Shown: one piece after another, positions 26,867 through 35,130 of the stretch | Layout: every line of letters starts with the position of its first letter | Numbering within the stretch: the first letter of the stretch is position 1 | IMG/VR virus record: IMGVR_UViG_3300017747_004268 | Span: 1 to 41,651 of that record | Length of the DNA stretch: 41,651 bases | Origin: a virus | Lineage: Duplodnaviria; Caudoviricetes | Direction: 5' to 3' (one strand) | Notes under the pieces: model-generated | What the model saw: the letters and a program-made list of their open reading frames with translations, nothing else | Told to the model about the DNA's origin: nothing | The model's database searches: none | Position numbers and translations under genes: made by a program

Positions 26867-27148
26867 ATGGCCAATCTCGACGAAATGTCGCGCGCCATCG
26901 GGGCGCTACAAGCGGGCATGGAAATCGCCCGAGAGCAGCACGTCAAACTCGACGCCACGCTGCACGACATGAACGACAAGCTCGATCTGCTGATGCCGGT
27001 GATCAAGGACGTCGCCGAGATGAAGCCCCATGTGGACGACTATAAGCGTCTCAAGCAGCGCGGTATCGGCATTCTGGCCGGCGTCGGACTGGTCGGCGGC
27101 AGCCTGGGCTCGGCGATCACGGGATGGCTCAAGGGGCATATGGGATGA
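26867..27148 (+). CDS. Coiled-coil protein with a C-terminal TM (holin/XhlA-like)
   Basis: Immediately upstream of the endolysin; ATGA overlap. Confidence 0.5.
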   Translation: MANLDEMSRAIGALQAGMEIAREQHVKLDATLHDMNDKLDLLMPVIKDVAEMKPHVDDYKRLKQRGIGILAGVGLVGGSLGSAITGWLKGHMG

Positions 27149-27558
27149 CTGACATCGCCAAGCTCGAGGCCGATTTGATCCGCGACGAGGCCTTCCGCGG
27201 CAAGCCTTTTACCGACACCGCCGGCAAGCTGACCGTCGGCTACGGCCGCAATCTGGCCGATGTCGGGATCAGCCCGGCCGAGGCGCTGATGCTGCTGCGC
27301 AACGATATGGCCACCGCCGAACTGGAACTCGACCGCGGGCTGCCCTGGTGGCGTGGCCTCAGCGAGCCCAGGCAGCGCGCCCTGGCGAATATGTGCTTCA
27401 ACCTGGGGTTGCGGCGCCTGATGGGCTTCCACCGTATGCTGGCCGCGCTGCAGGCCAGGGATTACACCTTGGCGGCAAAGGAAGCCCTCGATAGCAAATG
27501 GGCCGACCAGGTGGGCAACCGCGCCAAGCGCATCGCGGCGCTGATCGAGGAGGGATGA
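27145..27558 (+). CDS. Endolysin, T4-lysozyme-like (GH24)
   Basis: DEAFRGKPFTDTAGKLTVGYGRNL (E-x8-D-x5-T); NMCFNLG; SKWADQVGNRA. Confidence 0.92.
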   Translation: MTDIAKLEADLIRDEAFRGKPFTDTAGKLTVGYGRNLADVGISPAEALMLLRNDMATAELELDRGLPWWRGLSEPRQRALANMCFNLGLRRLMGFHRMLAALQARDYTLAAKEALDSKWADQVGNRAKRIAALIEEG

Positions 27559-27559
27559 C

Positions 27560-27805
27560 ATGCCGATATTGAGCGGCCCCGGATCGGCCAATGGGCTGGC
27601 CGGCGCGTTCGTGCTGATCGTCAATTACATCATCTGGGCGGGCTGGGCCGTCGCTATCCCCAACGATGTCACCAACGCCAGCCAGACCATCGTGAATTGG
27701 ATCCTGCTCACCTGGCTGACCGTCAAAACCACCCCCATGGAGGGACCGACCGATGCGAAAACTCCTGATCCTGATCCTGCTCCTGGCGCCGCTCGCCGCC
27801 TGTAA
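27560..27805 (+). CDS. Putative holin (2 TM)
   Basis: GAGGAGG SD; two hydrophobic segments; follows the endolysin. Confidence 0.55.
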   Translation: MPILSGPGSANGLAGAFVLIVNYIIWAGWAVAIPNDVTNASQTIVNWILLTWLTVKTTPMEGPTDAKTPDPDPAPGAARRL

Positions 27806-28049
27806 CGGCGCCAACCCGCAAACCCAATTGCTATTGGCCTGCCAGTCTTATATCGACACGGAAAAAACGCTCCGCCCCTTTAAGGAGAAAATGACCCCGG
27901 CCCAGATCGGCGTGGTCAAGGAGGCCATCGCGCTCGCGGAGCCCATCTGCACCGGCGCCGATACGGTCGATTACCGCACCGCGCTCGACGTGGTGCGCGC
28001 CAAGTTGCGCGAGCTGGTGACCGTGCAGAATTCCGTCAAACCGAACTAA
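27753..28049 (+). CDS. Lipoprotein, spanin-like
   Basis: Signal peptide with lipobox LAAC; in the lysis cassette. Confidence 0.6.
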   Translation: MRKLLILILLLAPLAACNGANPQTQLLLACQSYIDTEKTLRPFKEKMTPAQIGVVKEAIALAEPICTGADTVDYRTALDVVRAKLRELVTVQNSVKPN

Positions 28050-28060
28050 GGAGCGCCGCC

Positions 28061-28243
28061 ATGCCACCGATCGCCATCACGATTCTCTATCTGATCTCCG
28101 AGGCCCTCAACCAAGGAATCAAACTCAGCGACATGCTCGCCCAGGCCGACGCGACCGGCGCGCTGCCGCCCGAGACGGTCGCGGCGATCCGCAAAGGGCT
28201 CAAGAGCGATTTTGCCGAGGCGAAGGAGTTTTGGGGGGCGTAA
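28061..28243 (+). CDS. Hypothetical protein
   Basis: AAGGAG SD; last gene of the late operon. Confidence 0.65.
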   Translation: MPPIAITILYLISEALNQGIKLSDMLAQADATGALPPETVAAIRKGLKSDFAEAKEFWGA

Positions 28244-28251
28244 GCCTGTCG

Positions 28252-28473
28252 TCACTCCTGTCTGGCCAATTCAAGTTCAGTCGGGCCAGCCGGCTTATAG
28301 CGCGCTAAATAGCTTCGCTGCACTTTGCACCACGCCTTGTATGGGTGATACATCCGAGGCCCGAATGGGTATGCGTCATGCAGCGCCTTCTTTCGTTCGG
28401 CGTATGTCGCCGTCCCCGGTAGGGACGCGTGGACTCGACCGATCACCGCCCGCGCTTCGTCAGCCCATCTCAT
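28252..28473 (-). CDS. Hypothetical basic protein
   Basis: AGGAG SD; AYPFGPRMYHPYKAW; flanked by 15-bp direct repeats. Confidence 0.7.
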   Translation of the reverse strand: MRWADEARAVIGRVHASLPGTATYAERKKALHDAYPFGPRMYHPYKAWCKVQRSYLARYKPAGPTELELARQE

Positions 28474-28476
28474 CAG

Positions 28477-28551
28477 TCACTCCTGTCTGGGCCGTGCGGT
28501 TGTGTCAGCCCTCATCGCTGCCCCGGTGCATGGCCTGCCTTCGTCACCCAT
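28477..28551 (-). CDS. 24-aa micro-ORF or gene remnant
   Basis: GGGAG SD; TGATG coupling; ends in RQE* like the downstream gene. Confidence 0.3.
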   Translation of the reverse strand: MGDEGRPCTGAAMRADTTARPRQE

Positions 28552-29018
28552 CACGATTCTCCCATCCCACGTGCCCGCAATGCCGCGATGCAAAGAGCGA
28601 GGGCGGGGGTGGCGGCATCAACGTAGTTTCCCTTGCCAATTCCGGCTGTCGCCCCGCGCTTGCTCTTAGCTAAACGCCAATCCGGCCCAGAAACCAGCGT
28701 CAGCGCGGCGTCTATCGAGGTGGTGTAGTGGGGGCACCTCAACAATGGGCTTGGGCCATCACAGGCGCGCAAAACCACTTCCTCGTAGTGCCCGCGTCGC
28801 CCCCGTGACCCGCTGGCCCATTCTGACCTTGTGCGGTCACCCCTGGCATAACCATATGGTGAAATGCCTTTAGCATCTTCGTCAAAGGCGCGGCCTCCAA
28901 TCTGGGCATAAAGCTTGCGCTCCTTCTCGTTGCCAATGCCGGCCAGATAGGCAATAGCCCAATCAAGCTCCCGGCTACCCTCGGTCGCCTGTGCCAGCCG
29001 CTCTATGAGTGTGGTCAT
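28551..29018 (-). CDS. Phage hypothetical protein (ABA-sandwich/DUF2591-like termini)
   Basis: GSRELDWAIA ... PHYTTSIDAALTLV ... ATPALALCIAALRA. Confidence 0.65.
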   Translation of the reverse strand: MTTLIERLAQATEGSRELDWAIAYLAGIGNEKERKLYAQIGGRAFDEDAKGISPYGYARGDRTRSEWASGSRGRRGHYEEVVLRACDGPSPLLRCPHYTTSIDAALTLVSGPDWRLAKSKRGATAGIGKGNYVDAATPALALCIAALRARGMGES

Positions 29019-29260
29019 GGCTTGGCCATCCTGATCGCTGCGGCGCATTGTGCTTTGATGGTGTCTGGAAACTCGCCTGTGAAAATCTCCGTGTCGCTAC
29101 CAACTTCTGCATCTTCGGCGATCTTCGCCGCTTCTTCCATGCCTGCCGCGTGGGCGGCTTTGAGTGCAATTGCCAATTCCGCCCGGTTGGTCGCGCACCA
29201 GGATGGGTATAACTCGAATTTGTCGATCAGATCAGCGGCGACCTCATCATAGTTCATCAC
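29015..29260 (-). CDS. Hypothetical protein
   Basis: AGMEEAAKIAE...CAAAIR motif common in phage accessory ORFs; overlaps. Confidence 0.65.
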   Translation of the reverse strand: MMNYDEVAADLIDKFELYPSWCATNRAELAIALKAAHAAGMEEAAKIAEDAEVGSDTEIFTGEFPDTIKAQCAAAIRMAKP

Positions 29261-30177
29261 TTCGGCTCCTTCTCTTGCGGTGGCGCTACTTCGCCTTCAT
29301 CGACAATTTCCACGCTCTCAATTAATGCAGCATCAAATATGCGGGCATCTTCTTTCGTCATGGATCGGGCTTGCGGGGCTGCTGCGATCATTGCTTCCCA
29401 CACATCGCGGGGCTGGTAGCTTGGATCATCCGCTCGCTCCAGATTGATGTATTCACCGCCAGCCGCGTCAATCATCGCCTCGGTCGGCTCCCTCGGCACC
29501 AGCACAAAGCCGTCCGCAAGCACGTTGTTCAACCGCCCCAGAAGACGGGCGCGGATATCTGCATATTCATCGCGCTCCTTGCGAGCGGCCACAAGTTCGC
29601 GGAGGTCAGCGGCGCAGAGGGGGGCATCTGACTGCCGAGTGCCGAAATGATCCTCGGCTGCCGCTCTATCTGGGAACACTTCATCGCAATGGAAACAGCG
29701 CCACCCATCCCCCGCCCTGAGCGCGCTGGCTGCGGCCCGAAGGTTATGAGCTATGCAAGCGCGCATCGATGGGTTGACTTGATTATCGGCGGCGCGGTCC
29801 AGAACTGTTGCGCAATCTTCCAAGTATTTCACGTTAAATGGTTCTTTCTCTTGCGGGGCTGCGCTGAGTGCGCTTGCTGCCTCGCGGAGAAGGTCGGCAC
29901 ATTCGTCAAGCCCGGTTGCTGCCGCGCGGGTTGCCATGCCGTCAAGCCGCTCCACCAGTTCCTTGCGCGCCGTGGGGATAGCGCGGCGGTTCCAGGCAGC
30001 GATTGCGTCGGTTTTCCGAGCAAATGTGATCCGCGAAATATAGACGATGCACTCCCCCTCTGCCCCTTCTTCGAAACAGCCCACACTCCAATGTTCCCCT
30101 GCGTGTTCCAGCACTCCGGGGGCACCACAAAACGGGCACGGCAGGAGCGCCACCGGATCGAGCGCGTTGTCAGTCAT
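29257..30177 (-). CDS. Mosaic protein: Lar (restriction alleviation)-like N-terminus, C2H-type Zn motif, Ea22/DUF551-like segment
   Basis: LLPCPFCG...AIAAWNRRA; WRCFHC...HFG; LVPREPTEAM...AMIAAAP. Confidence 0.7.
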   Translation of the reverse strand: MTDNALDPVALLPCPFCGAPGVLEHAGEHWSVGCFEEGAEGECIVYISRITFARKTDAIAAWNRRAIPTARKELVERLDGMATRAAATGLDECADLLREAASALSAAPQEKEPFNVKYLEDCATVLDRAADNQVNPSMRACIAHNLRAAASALRAGDGWRCFHCDEVFPDRAAAEDHFGTRQSDAPLCAADLRELVAARKERDEYADIRARLLGRLNNVLADGFVLVPREPTEAMIDAAGGEYINLERADDPSYQPRDVWEAMIAAAPQARSMTKEDARIFDAALIESVEIVDEGEVAPPQEKEPK

Positions 30178-30424
30178 GGCTGGCTCCATCGGTGGGAAGT
30201 TGCCGAGTGCGATGACCGAAGGGGCACACCCCTGCGGAGTCGCTTCCTGCCATAACCGCTTCGGACGCTCGGCGCGCCCCCTCTGATACTCCGGCAGTCG
30301 GAGGGGCGGCACTATCCAGCTCATGCAACCCGTCGAGGCCCTTTTTTATGTGGACGCTTACGGCGTCACTCGCTGGACTCGAAATTTCAGCCATCACTTC
30401 TCTCCCATCAATTCCAGATACCCA

Positions 30425-30661
30425 TCACTCCCCGCCTTTCTGGCTGTCGGCTGGCACAGGTGCGAAAACATAATGGCCCGGCCCACGCCTAAGTTTTTTC
30501 AACTTTCCGGCATCAACGAGCCTAAAGCACATGCGAGCCAGTCTTTCATCCCGGTAGCGCCACGACACCGTAAACTCGCCTTTGATCTTTGCGAGTTCAA
30601 CAACCCGCTCGGGCGTCATAACTGGCCGCGTGGGGGTGGGCTGTCTATCGCGCCAAGCCAT
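30425..30661 (-). CDS. Hypothetical protein (possible winged helix)
   Basis: AGGAGGG SD. Confidence 0.6.
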   Translation of the reverse strand: MAWRDRQPTPTRPVMTPERVVELAKIKGEFTVSWRYRDERLARMCFRLVDAGKLKKLRRGPGHYVFAPVPADSQKGGE

Positions 30662-30664
30662 TGC

Positions 30665-31048
30665 TCACCCCTCCTTGCTGGCCAGTGCTGCGCGGGCTGT
30701 CGCATGGACGTATGACATCGGATCATCGACTTCCGTGTCTTCCGTGAATGCTTTAATTTCCTTAAGCGCCGCTTCCAGCACCCGCACCCGCTCGGCTAGG
30801 TCTGCTATCTTGTGACCATCATTTACCGCTTGCGTCTGTATATCCAGTTCAAGGCTGACATTCTTGCGTGACCATCTCTCGTTCTCCGCCCGCAACTCCT
30901 CCACCTCAGCGGATCGCGCGATAAGGGCTGCTGCGTCGTTGACCAAGTGCGGATTGCCTGCGCGCAAAAGGACCATGATTGCGTCGGCTTCGGCTTCGGT
31001 ATCCGCTTTCCACGATTGGCCTTGAATTTGTGCTGCGTGGTCAGTCAT
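30665..31048 (-). CDS. Coiled-coil hypothetical protein (Ead/Ea22-like)
   Basis: AEVEELRAENER...LEAALKEI...ARAALA; GGAGGG SD. Confidence 0.6.
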   Translation of the reverse strand: MTDHAAQIQGQSWKADTEAEADAIMVLLRAGNPHLVNDAAALIARSAEVEELRAENERWSRKNVSLELDIQTQAVNDGHKIADLAERVRVLEAALKEIKAFTEDTEVDDPMSYVHATARAALASKEG

Positions 31049-31644
31049 ACTGTCACCCTCCCGAGTTCTTCCCGCGCCAACCGTATCGCGTCGGTGATCT
31101 GGTTGAACTTCGCCGGGTCGCCTCCGCGATCGGGGTGGTGTTCCTTGACCAGCCGGCGATAGGCGTTTTCGGCGTCGATGAGATTGCCGTCCGCGTCGGG
31201 GCCGAACAGCACATGACGCCAGGGCGCGGCCAATTGCCCATCCGGCCCCTTCGGCGGCGGCAGCGCGGCGTAGCCACGGAAGCTCGCGCGAACGATGTTG
31301 AGCCCGCCGTGGCGCATCTTGGTTCGATCGGCCTCGATGATGAGCGAGATCGCTTGAAGGTTTTCCTCGGGCCAATGGTAGCGATCGACGGGGATGCAGC
31401 AGTCGATATTGTCCCATCGGAAATAAACCGCCACGCCGGCATCCTTGGGCCGCTGATCGGCGAGGCTCACGTTGGCCGATATCACGATGTTTTCGACGCG
31501 CTTGCCGGTGTCGGCGCCGAACCGGCGCAATTCGTCCATGACGTTGTTGACCGATCCCGCGAGCGAGGTTTTGAACCGGCTGTTGCCAGGGTTTTTCGTG
31601 CGCGGATAGCCGAGCGGCCAGTGGAGCGGGTAGGCCTGGGTCAT
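31045..31644 (-). CDS. J-domain (DnaJ-like) protein
   Basis: AYPLHWPLGYPRT N-terminus; AYRRLVKEHHPDRGGD with an intact HPD. Confidence 0.85.
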   Translation of the reverse strand: MTQAYPLHWPLGYPRTKNPGNSRFKTSLAGSVNNVMDELRRFGADTGKRVENIVISANVSLADQRPKDAGVAVYFRWDNIDCCIPVDRYHWPEENLQAISLIIEADRTKMRHGGLNIVRASFRGYAALPPPKGPDGQLAAPWRHVLFGPDADGNLIDAENAYRRLVKEHHPDRGGDPAKFNQITDAIRLAREELGRVTV

Positions 31645-32543
31645 GCCGCCGCTCCCGCATCCGCCTTCGCCGCGGTCTTTTTCAGATCCTCATGATGCGG
31701 CAAAACGGCAATGCGCTCCTCGCGCGTGAGGGCGTTCCACCACGTCTGATAGGCGACCGTGCCATGCAGCGCATTGCCGCGGCCTTGCTCGGCCAGCGCA
31801 ACCGATTCGGCAGACGGTTGTCCCTTGGCCCAGGCCGCCAGCCGGGCGCCAGCCTCCTCGCCGATCGGCTGATCCTCGGGGAACATCGCGCGGTGCTGCT
31901 TTTGCAGCTGCTTGATCGGCTGGCCAATGCCCGGCCGATCGGGTGTCAGCAAAAATGAGCACGTCATCTCATACATGAAATTCTTCTCGCAAATCGGCTG
32001 CCAACCCTTCGGCACGATCTGGGTCTTGCCCTCGACCTTGACCATGGCGATCTTTTCCTCGGCGCGCAGGCAGAATATCACCGTGGCGCGGACCTGCAGC
32101 ATGGCCTGCACCATCTGCTTATGGGCCATCTTCGGCTTGATCCAGGCGGCCATCTTGCAGGCCTCGCGCCGGGCATAATCGTTGCCCGCCATGCGCTGCA
32201 ATTCCTCCTCCTGCCAATCGAGAATGCCGCCCTCGCCGGCCCATTCGTGGGACGCCGAATCGATAACGATGACCGGGTAATGGGCGGCGTCGGCCGCCTT
32301 GACCGCCTCGCTGTAGCGGTCCGGGCGGAACGGCGGCCCCAGCTCGGCATGATCGAACTTGAACTGATCGGCATAGTGGAGCGCGCGGCGGGCCTCGGTA
32401 TCGAGCACCGCGAACGGCTTGCCGCCGGCGATGCCCGATGCCAGGCGCATGGCAGAAAACGTCTTGCCGCCACCAGAAGGGCCGGCTAGGGCGACCAGCA
32501 GGCCGACGTTCTCGCGCACCGCTGGGCGGAATTCATACGTCAT
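31641..32543 (-). CDS. AAA_24/Sak4-like P-loop ATPase (recombination, single-strand annealing)
   Basis: GPSGGGKT Walker A; LDTE; IVIDSASHEW; adjacent to the exonuclease. Confidence 0.8.
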   Translation of the reverse strand: MTYEFRPAVRENVGLLVALAGPSGGGKTFSAMRLASGIAGGKPFAVLDTEARRALHYADQFKFDHAELGPPFRPDRYSEAVKAADAAHYPVIVIDSASHEWAGEGGILDWQEEELQRMAGNDYARREACKMAAWIKPKMAHKQMVQAMLQVRATVIFCLRAEEKIAMVKVEGKTQIVPKGWQPICEKNFMYEMTCSFLLTPDRPGIGQPIKQLQKQHRAMFPEDQPIGEEAGARLAAWAKGQPSAESVALAEQGRGNALHGTVAYQTWWNALTREERIAVLPHHEDLKKTAAKADAGAAA

Positions 32544-33493
32544 TTCAACACCTCTGGGAACGGGACGGGGAGCGGTTGCTGCCACGACATTGCCAGTTTA
32601 AAGAGGGCCTCGTTCCCCTTCTCGCGCATCTGCGCCTCGCGGGCCTCGCGCTCGAGCCATTGCGCCTCGATATAGGCCGGCATATCGACGTAACAGGTCT
32701 TGCGCGGGTAGCCCGGCCAGGTGTCGCTTTCCAGACACCAGCGCCACCATTCGAGCGCCGCGTCCACCTTGCGCTCGGCCATGTCAAGCACGGCGGGCGG
32801 CAGACCGATCACCGAGAGCGCATAGGGCGGCTCGGTCTCCTGCACGATGAACTCGAAGATCGGATCCTCGATGCCGAGCACGGCGCGGATGCCGCGGCGG
32901 TAGAGCGCCGATTGGAAATCGTAGCCAAGATTGAACAACTGCCGAGTCCAGGCGTCCGGGTGGGCGCTCTCGCCGGTGCTCTTGAACTCGGGAAATTTGC
33001 GGCCCTTGTTCGGCAGCCAATCGAGCCGCGAGCGGCACCACGTATCGCCCTCCTGCCAAACCAGCGTCATGTCCGGCTTGCCGTAGGTGAAAGCGTCTTT
33101 CGCATCCTCATGCACGGCGAGCTGGGCGCGGGCGGCCATGGCCATTTCCTGCACTTGCGCCCATTGCCCGGCGAGCAGCGGCGTGAGGCCGGCGGCATAG
33201 GCAAGATCGCGCTCCTCCTTGGCCGCCTTGGTGCGCCAGTCCTCGGCGTCGATAACCGCAAAATCCCGCGCCTCGCCGAGCAGCAGCGCGTGCGCCGCCT
33301 TGCCGAGGTCGAACATGGCGCGGTTGTCGGGCTGCCAGTCGGGGTTGAGCCGCGGGTGCTTGGTCCAGGCGTGACGCGGCGAGCGGGCCAGCATCTCCTT
33401 GCCGATCGAGGCCGAGAACGACGGCTCGAAACACGGGTCGGCGTGGTAGTCTGTCTCGCTGATTTCGTAGAGGCCAGGCTTGTCGATTCTCAT
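32540..33493 (-). CDS. PD-(D/E)xK exonuclease, RecE/DUF3799-like
   Basis: DYHAD...SAS; LGKAAHALLL; CRSRLDWL; EFKST; YDFQSALY; WPGY. Confidence 0.85.
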   Translation of the reverse strand: MRIDKPGLYEISETDYHADPCFEPSFSASIGKEMLARSPRHAWTKHPRLNPDWQPDNRAMFDLGKAAHALLLGEARDFAVIDAEDWRTKAAKEERDLAYAAGLTPLLAGQWAQVQEMAMAARAQLAVHEDAKDAFTYGKPDMTLVWQEGDTWCRSRLDWLPNKGRKFPEFKSTGESAHPDAWTRQLFNLGYDFQSALYRRGIRAVLGIEDPIFEFIVQETEPPYALSVIGLPPAVLDMAERKVDAALEWWRWCLESDTWPGYPRKTCYVDMPAYIEAQWLEREAREAQMREKGNEALFKLAMSWQQPLPVPFPEVLK

Positions 33494-33708
33494 ACGTAAG
33501 TCCCAATCATGCCGGCATTGACCCATCCCATGGTGCCGGGCCCAAACGTGATCGGCGTCCCCAATGAGCGCCGCTTCATGTCCGCCTCGACCGCCGGCTG
33601 CATCACCCGGCGATTCTCGGCCTCCTCGGCGCGCACCGCGAGCACCGCGTCGTGCATGTCCTTGAAGCCCCGGATATTGGCCCGGCACCATTCGAGTTGC
33701 TGGTCCAT
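33490..33708 (-). CDS. Hypothetical protein
   Basis: GGGAG SD; overlaps neighbours. Confidence 0.55.
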   Translation of the reverse strand: MDQQLEWCRANIRGFKDMHDAVLAVRAEEAENRRVMQPAVEADMKRRSLGTPITFGPGTMGWVNAGMIGTYV

Positions 33709-33863
33709 TACCAAACTCCCATCAAAATCGCCATCAGCGCCATGCCGAGCAGGGACAGCCCGAGGAAAGCGACGGCCAGTTGAATCTCGCCATCGTGATA
33801 CGTCCGCCGGCCACGCTCGGCGCGGTAGGTTTCGAGGTTGCGGGTCTGGCGGCGGGTCATCAT
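33708..33863 (-). CDS. Small membrane protein
   Basis: C-terminal TM helix; overlaps neighbours. Confidence 0.55.
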   Translation of the reverse strand: MMTRRQTRNLETYRAERGRRTYHDGEIQLAVAFLGLSLLGMALMAILMGVW

Positions 33864-34078
33864 GGTGCCACCTTGGGCTCGAATAGCGTCGCACCCGGTC
33901 CGCAATGATTACCGATCAGGCGCCCCCGTTCCAAGTTGCAATAGGGCTTCTCGGTTTTACCGGACACCGGATCGAGCGTGACGGCCCCGGCACATTTGGC
34001 AAACCTTGCCCGGTCCTCGCTGCTGTTCAAAAACCAAGACAGCGGCCGGTAGTGTTTGCAGTCCTTGCAGAATTTCAT
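33860..34078 (-). CDS. Cys-rich hypothetical protein
   Basis: CKDCKHY...C...C..ER...CGP....FEPK pattern. Confidence 0.65.
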   Translation of the reverse strand: MKFCKDCKHYRPLSWFLNSSEDRARFAKCAGAVTLDPVSGKTEKPYCNLERGRLIGNHCGPGATLFEPKVAP

Positions 34079-34314
34079 CGCACCACCGGCTTTCCGTCCA
34101 CCCCGTTGCCGTAGCGATCGACGTAATCCCATTTGCCATCGGGGCGGGTGTAGCGGGTGAAGGCGCCGTCGAGGATCAGCGCATTGAAGGCCGCGCCGTG
34201 TTCGGTGCCGCTGGCGCGCTCGGCCTTGGCGGCGGCTTCCAGCTTGGCGCGGCGGACTTCGGCCTCGCTGCGGTGGCGGGTGTGGAATTCGCTGTCGAGC
34301 GGTTCGATTTTCAT
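34075..34314 (-). CDS. Hypothetical protein
   Basis: GGAG SD; ATGA overlap. Confidence 0.6.
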   Translation of the reverse strand: MKIEPLDSEFHTRHRSEAEVRRAKLEAAAKAERASGTEHGAAFNALILDGAFTRYTRPDGKWDYVDRYGNGVDGKPVVR

Positions 34315-34317
34315 TGC

Positions 34318-34509
34318 CTACTCCGTGACGATTTTCGTGGTGGCCCGAATGACGCGATCGAACTTATAAACCGCCACCTCGGTTGTCTTCCCGGCGAATC
34401 TGACGCCGTGGTTTACCGCATCCTCCAACTTTTCATCGGCGGTAAAGGAATCCTCCGCCATGGGGCGCAAATGGCGGGTGATCAAAAGCTCTGCGGGAAA
34501 ACTAGACAT
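34318..34509 (-). CDS. Hypothetical protein, first gene of the leftward operon
   Basis: AGGAGGG SD downstream of the leftward promoter. Confidence 0.65.
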   Translation of the reverse strand: MSSFPAELLITRHLRPMAEDSFTADEKLEDAVNHGVRFAGKTTEVAVYKFDRVIRATTKIVTE

Positions 34510-34534
34510 TTGTCCCTCCTGGGTTGTCGGCGCC

Positions 34535-34562
34535 ATGTTACGCCCTCCGTAAAGCGTGTCAA
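34535..34562 (-). promoter_or_regulatory. Leftward sigma70-type promoter
   Basis: TTGACA-N16-TAACAT on the - strand. Confidence 0.65.
34538..34552. promoter_or_regulatory. Palindromic operator TTACG-N5-CGTAA, site 1
   Basis: TTACG CCCTC CGTAA overlaps the -10 and spacer of the leftward promoter. Confidence 0.65.
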
Positions 34563-34571
34563 GGGCAAAAC

Positions 34572-34586
34572 ATACGCTTGACGTAA
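34572..34586. promoter_or_regulatory. Palindromic operator, site 2 (one mismatch)
   Basis: ATACG CTTGA CGTAA covers the -35 of the rightward promoter. Confidence 0.6.
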
Positions 34587-34606
34587 CTTTCCGCCCGGCG
34601 TATCGT
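34578..34606 (+). promoter_or_regulatory. Rightward sigma70-type promoter
   Basis: TTGACG-N17-TATCGT. Confidence 0.65.
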
Positions 34607-34612
34607 CCGGGC

Positions 34613-34843
34613 ATGAAGCTGAAAAACTACATGAAGAAACACGGCCTGAGCATCAGACGGTTTCGTGACCAGACAGGTCTTTCCATCGCCACGATTTCGC
34701 GCATCTGCAACGGCGTCAACCCGCCAGATTGGGACACCATGGACACCGTGCAGATCGCCACCGACGGCAAGGTGAAGCCCAACGATTTCAGCCGGTTAAG
34801 GAACCGTAAACCAAGGAAGGCAGAACATGAAAATAGGCCATAA
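34613..34843 (+). CDS. Cro-like XRE HTH regulator
   Basis: MKLKNYMKKHGLSIRRF...SIATISRICNG...P...IATDGKVKPNDF; first gene after the divergent promoters. Confidence 0.8.
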   Translation: MKLKNYMKKHGLSIRRFRDQTGLSIATISRICNGVNPPDWDTMDTVQIATDGKVKPNDFSRLRNRKPRKAEHENRP

Positions 34844-35129
34844 TTCCGCGCTCGACCCGGAGAAGCTCACCGCCTTCATCACGCGCATCGAATCGGTTTC
34901 CGCCGAAAAAGCCGTGCTGCAGGGCGACATCAGCCAGCTATACGCCGATGCCAAGGAGCAGGGCTATGACACCGCGGCCATGCGCCAGGTCATCAAGGAG
35001 CGCAAGCTGTCCCGCGAGGAACGCGAGGAACGCGAGGCGACCATCGAATCTTACCGCCATGCGCTCGGTATGTTGAGCGACACGCCGCTCGGCGAGGCCG
35101 CGCTGGGCAATGTTTTGGCGGCCGGCTGA
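34827..35129 (+). CDS. gapR: GapR-like (DUF2312) nucleoid-associated protein
   Basis: LTAFITRIE...DISQLYADAKEQGYDTAAMRQVIKERK...YRHALGM. Confidence 0.85.
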   Translation: MKIGHNSALDPEKLTAFITRIESVSAEKAVLQGDISQLYADAKEQGYDTAAMRQVIKERKLSREEREEREATIESYRHALGMLSDTPLGEAALGNVLAAG

Positions 35130-35130
35130 G

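Noticed and set aside
30201-30296. tRNA gene
   Set aside because: No cloverleaf or TTC T-loop consensus; no tRNA recognised in the window
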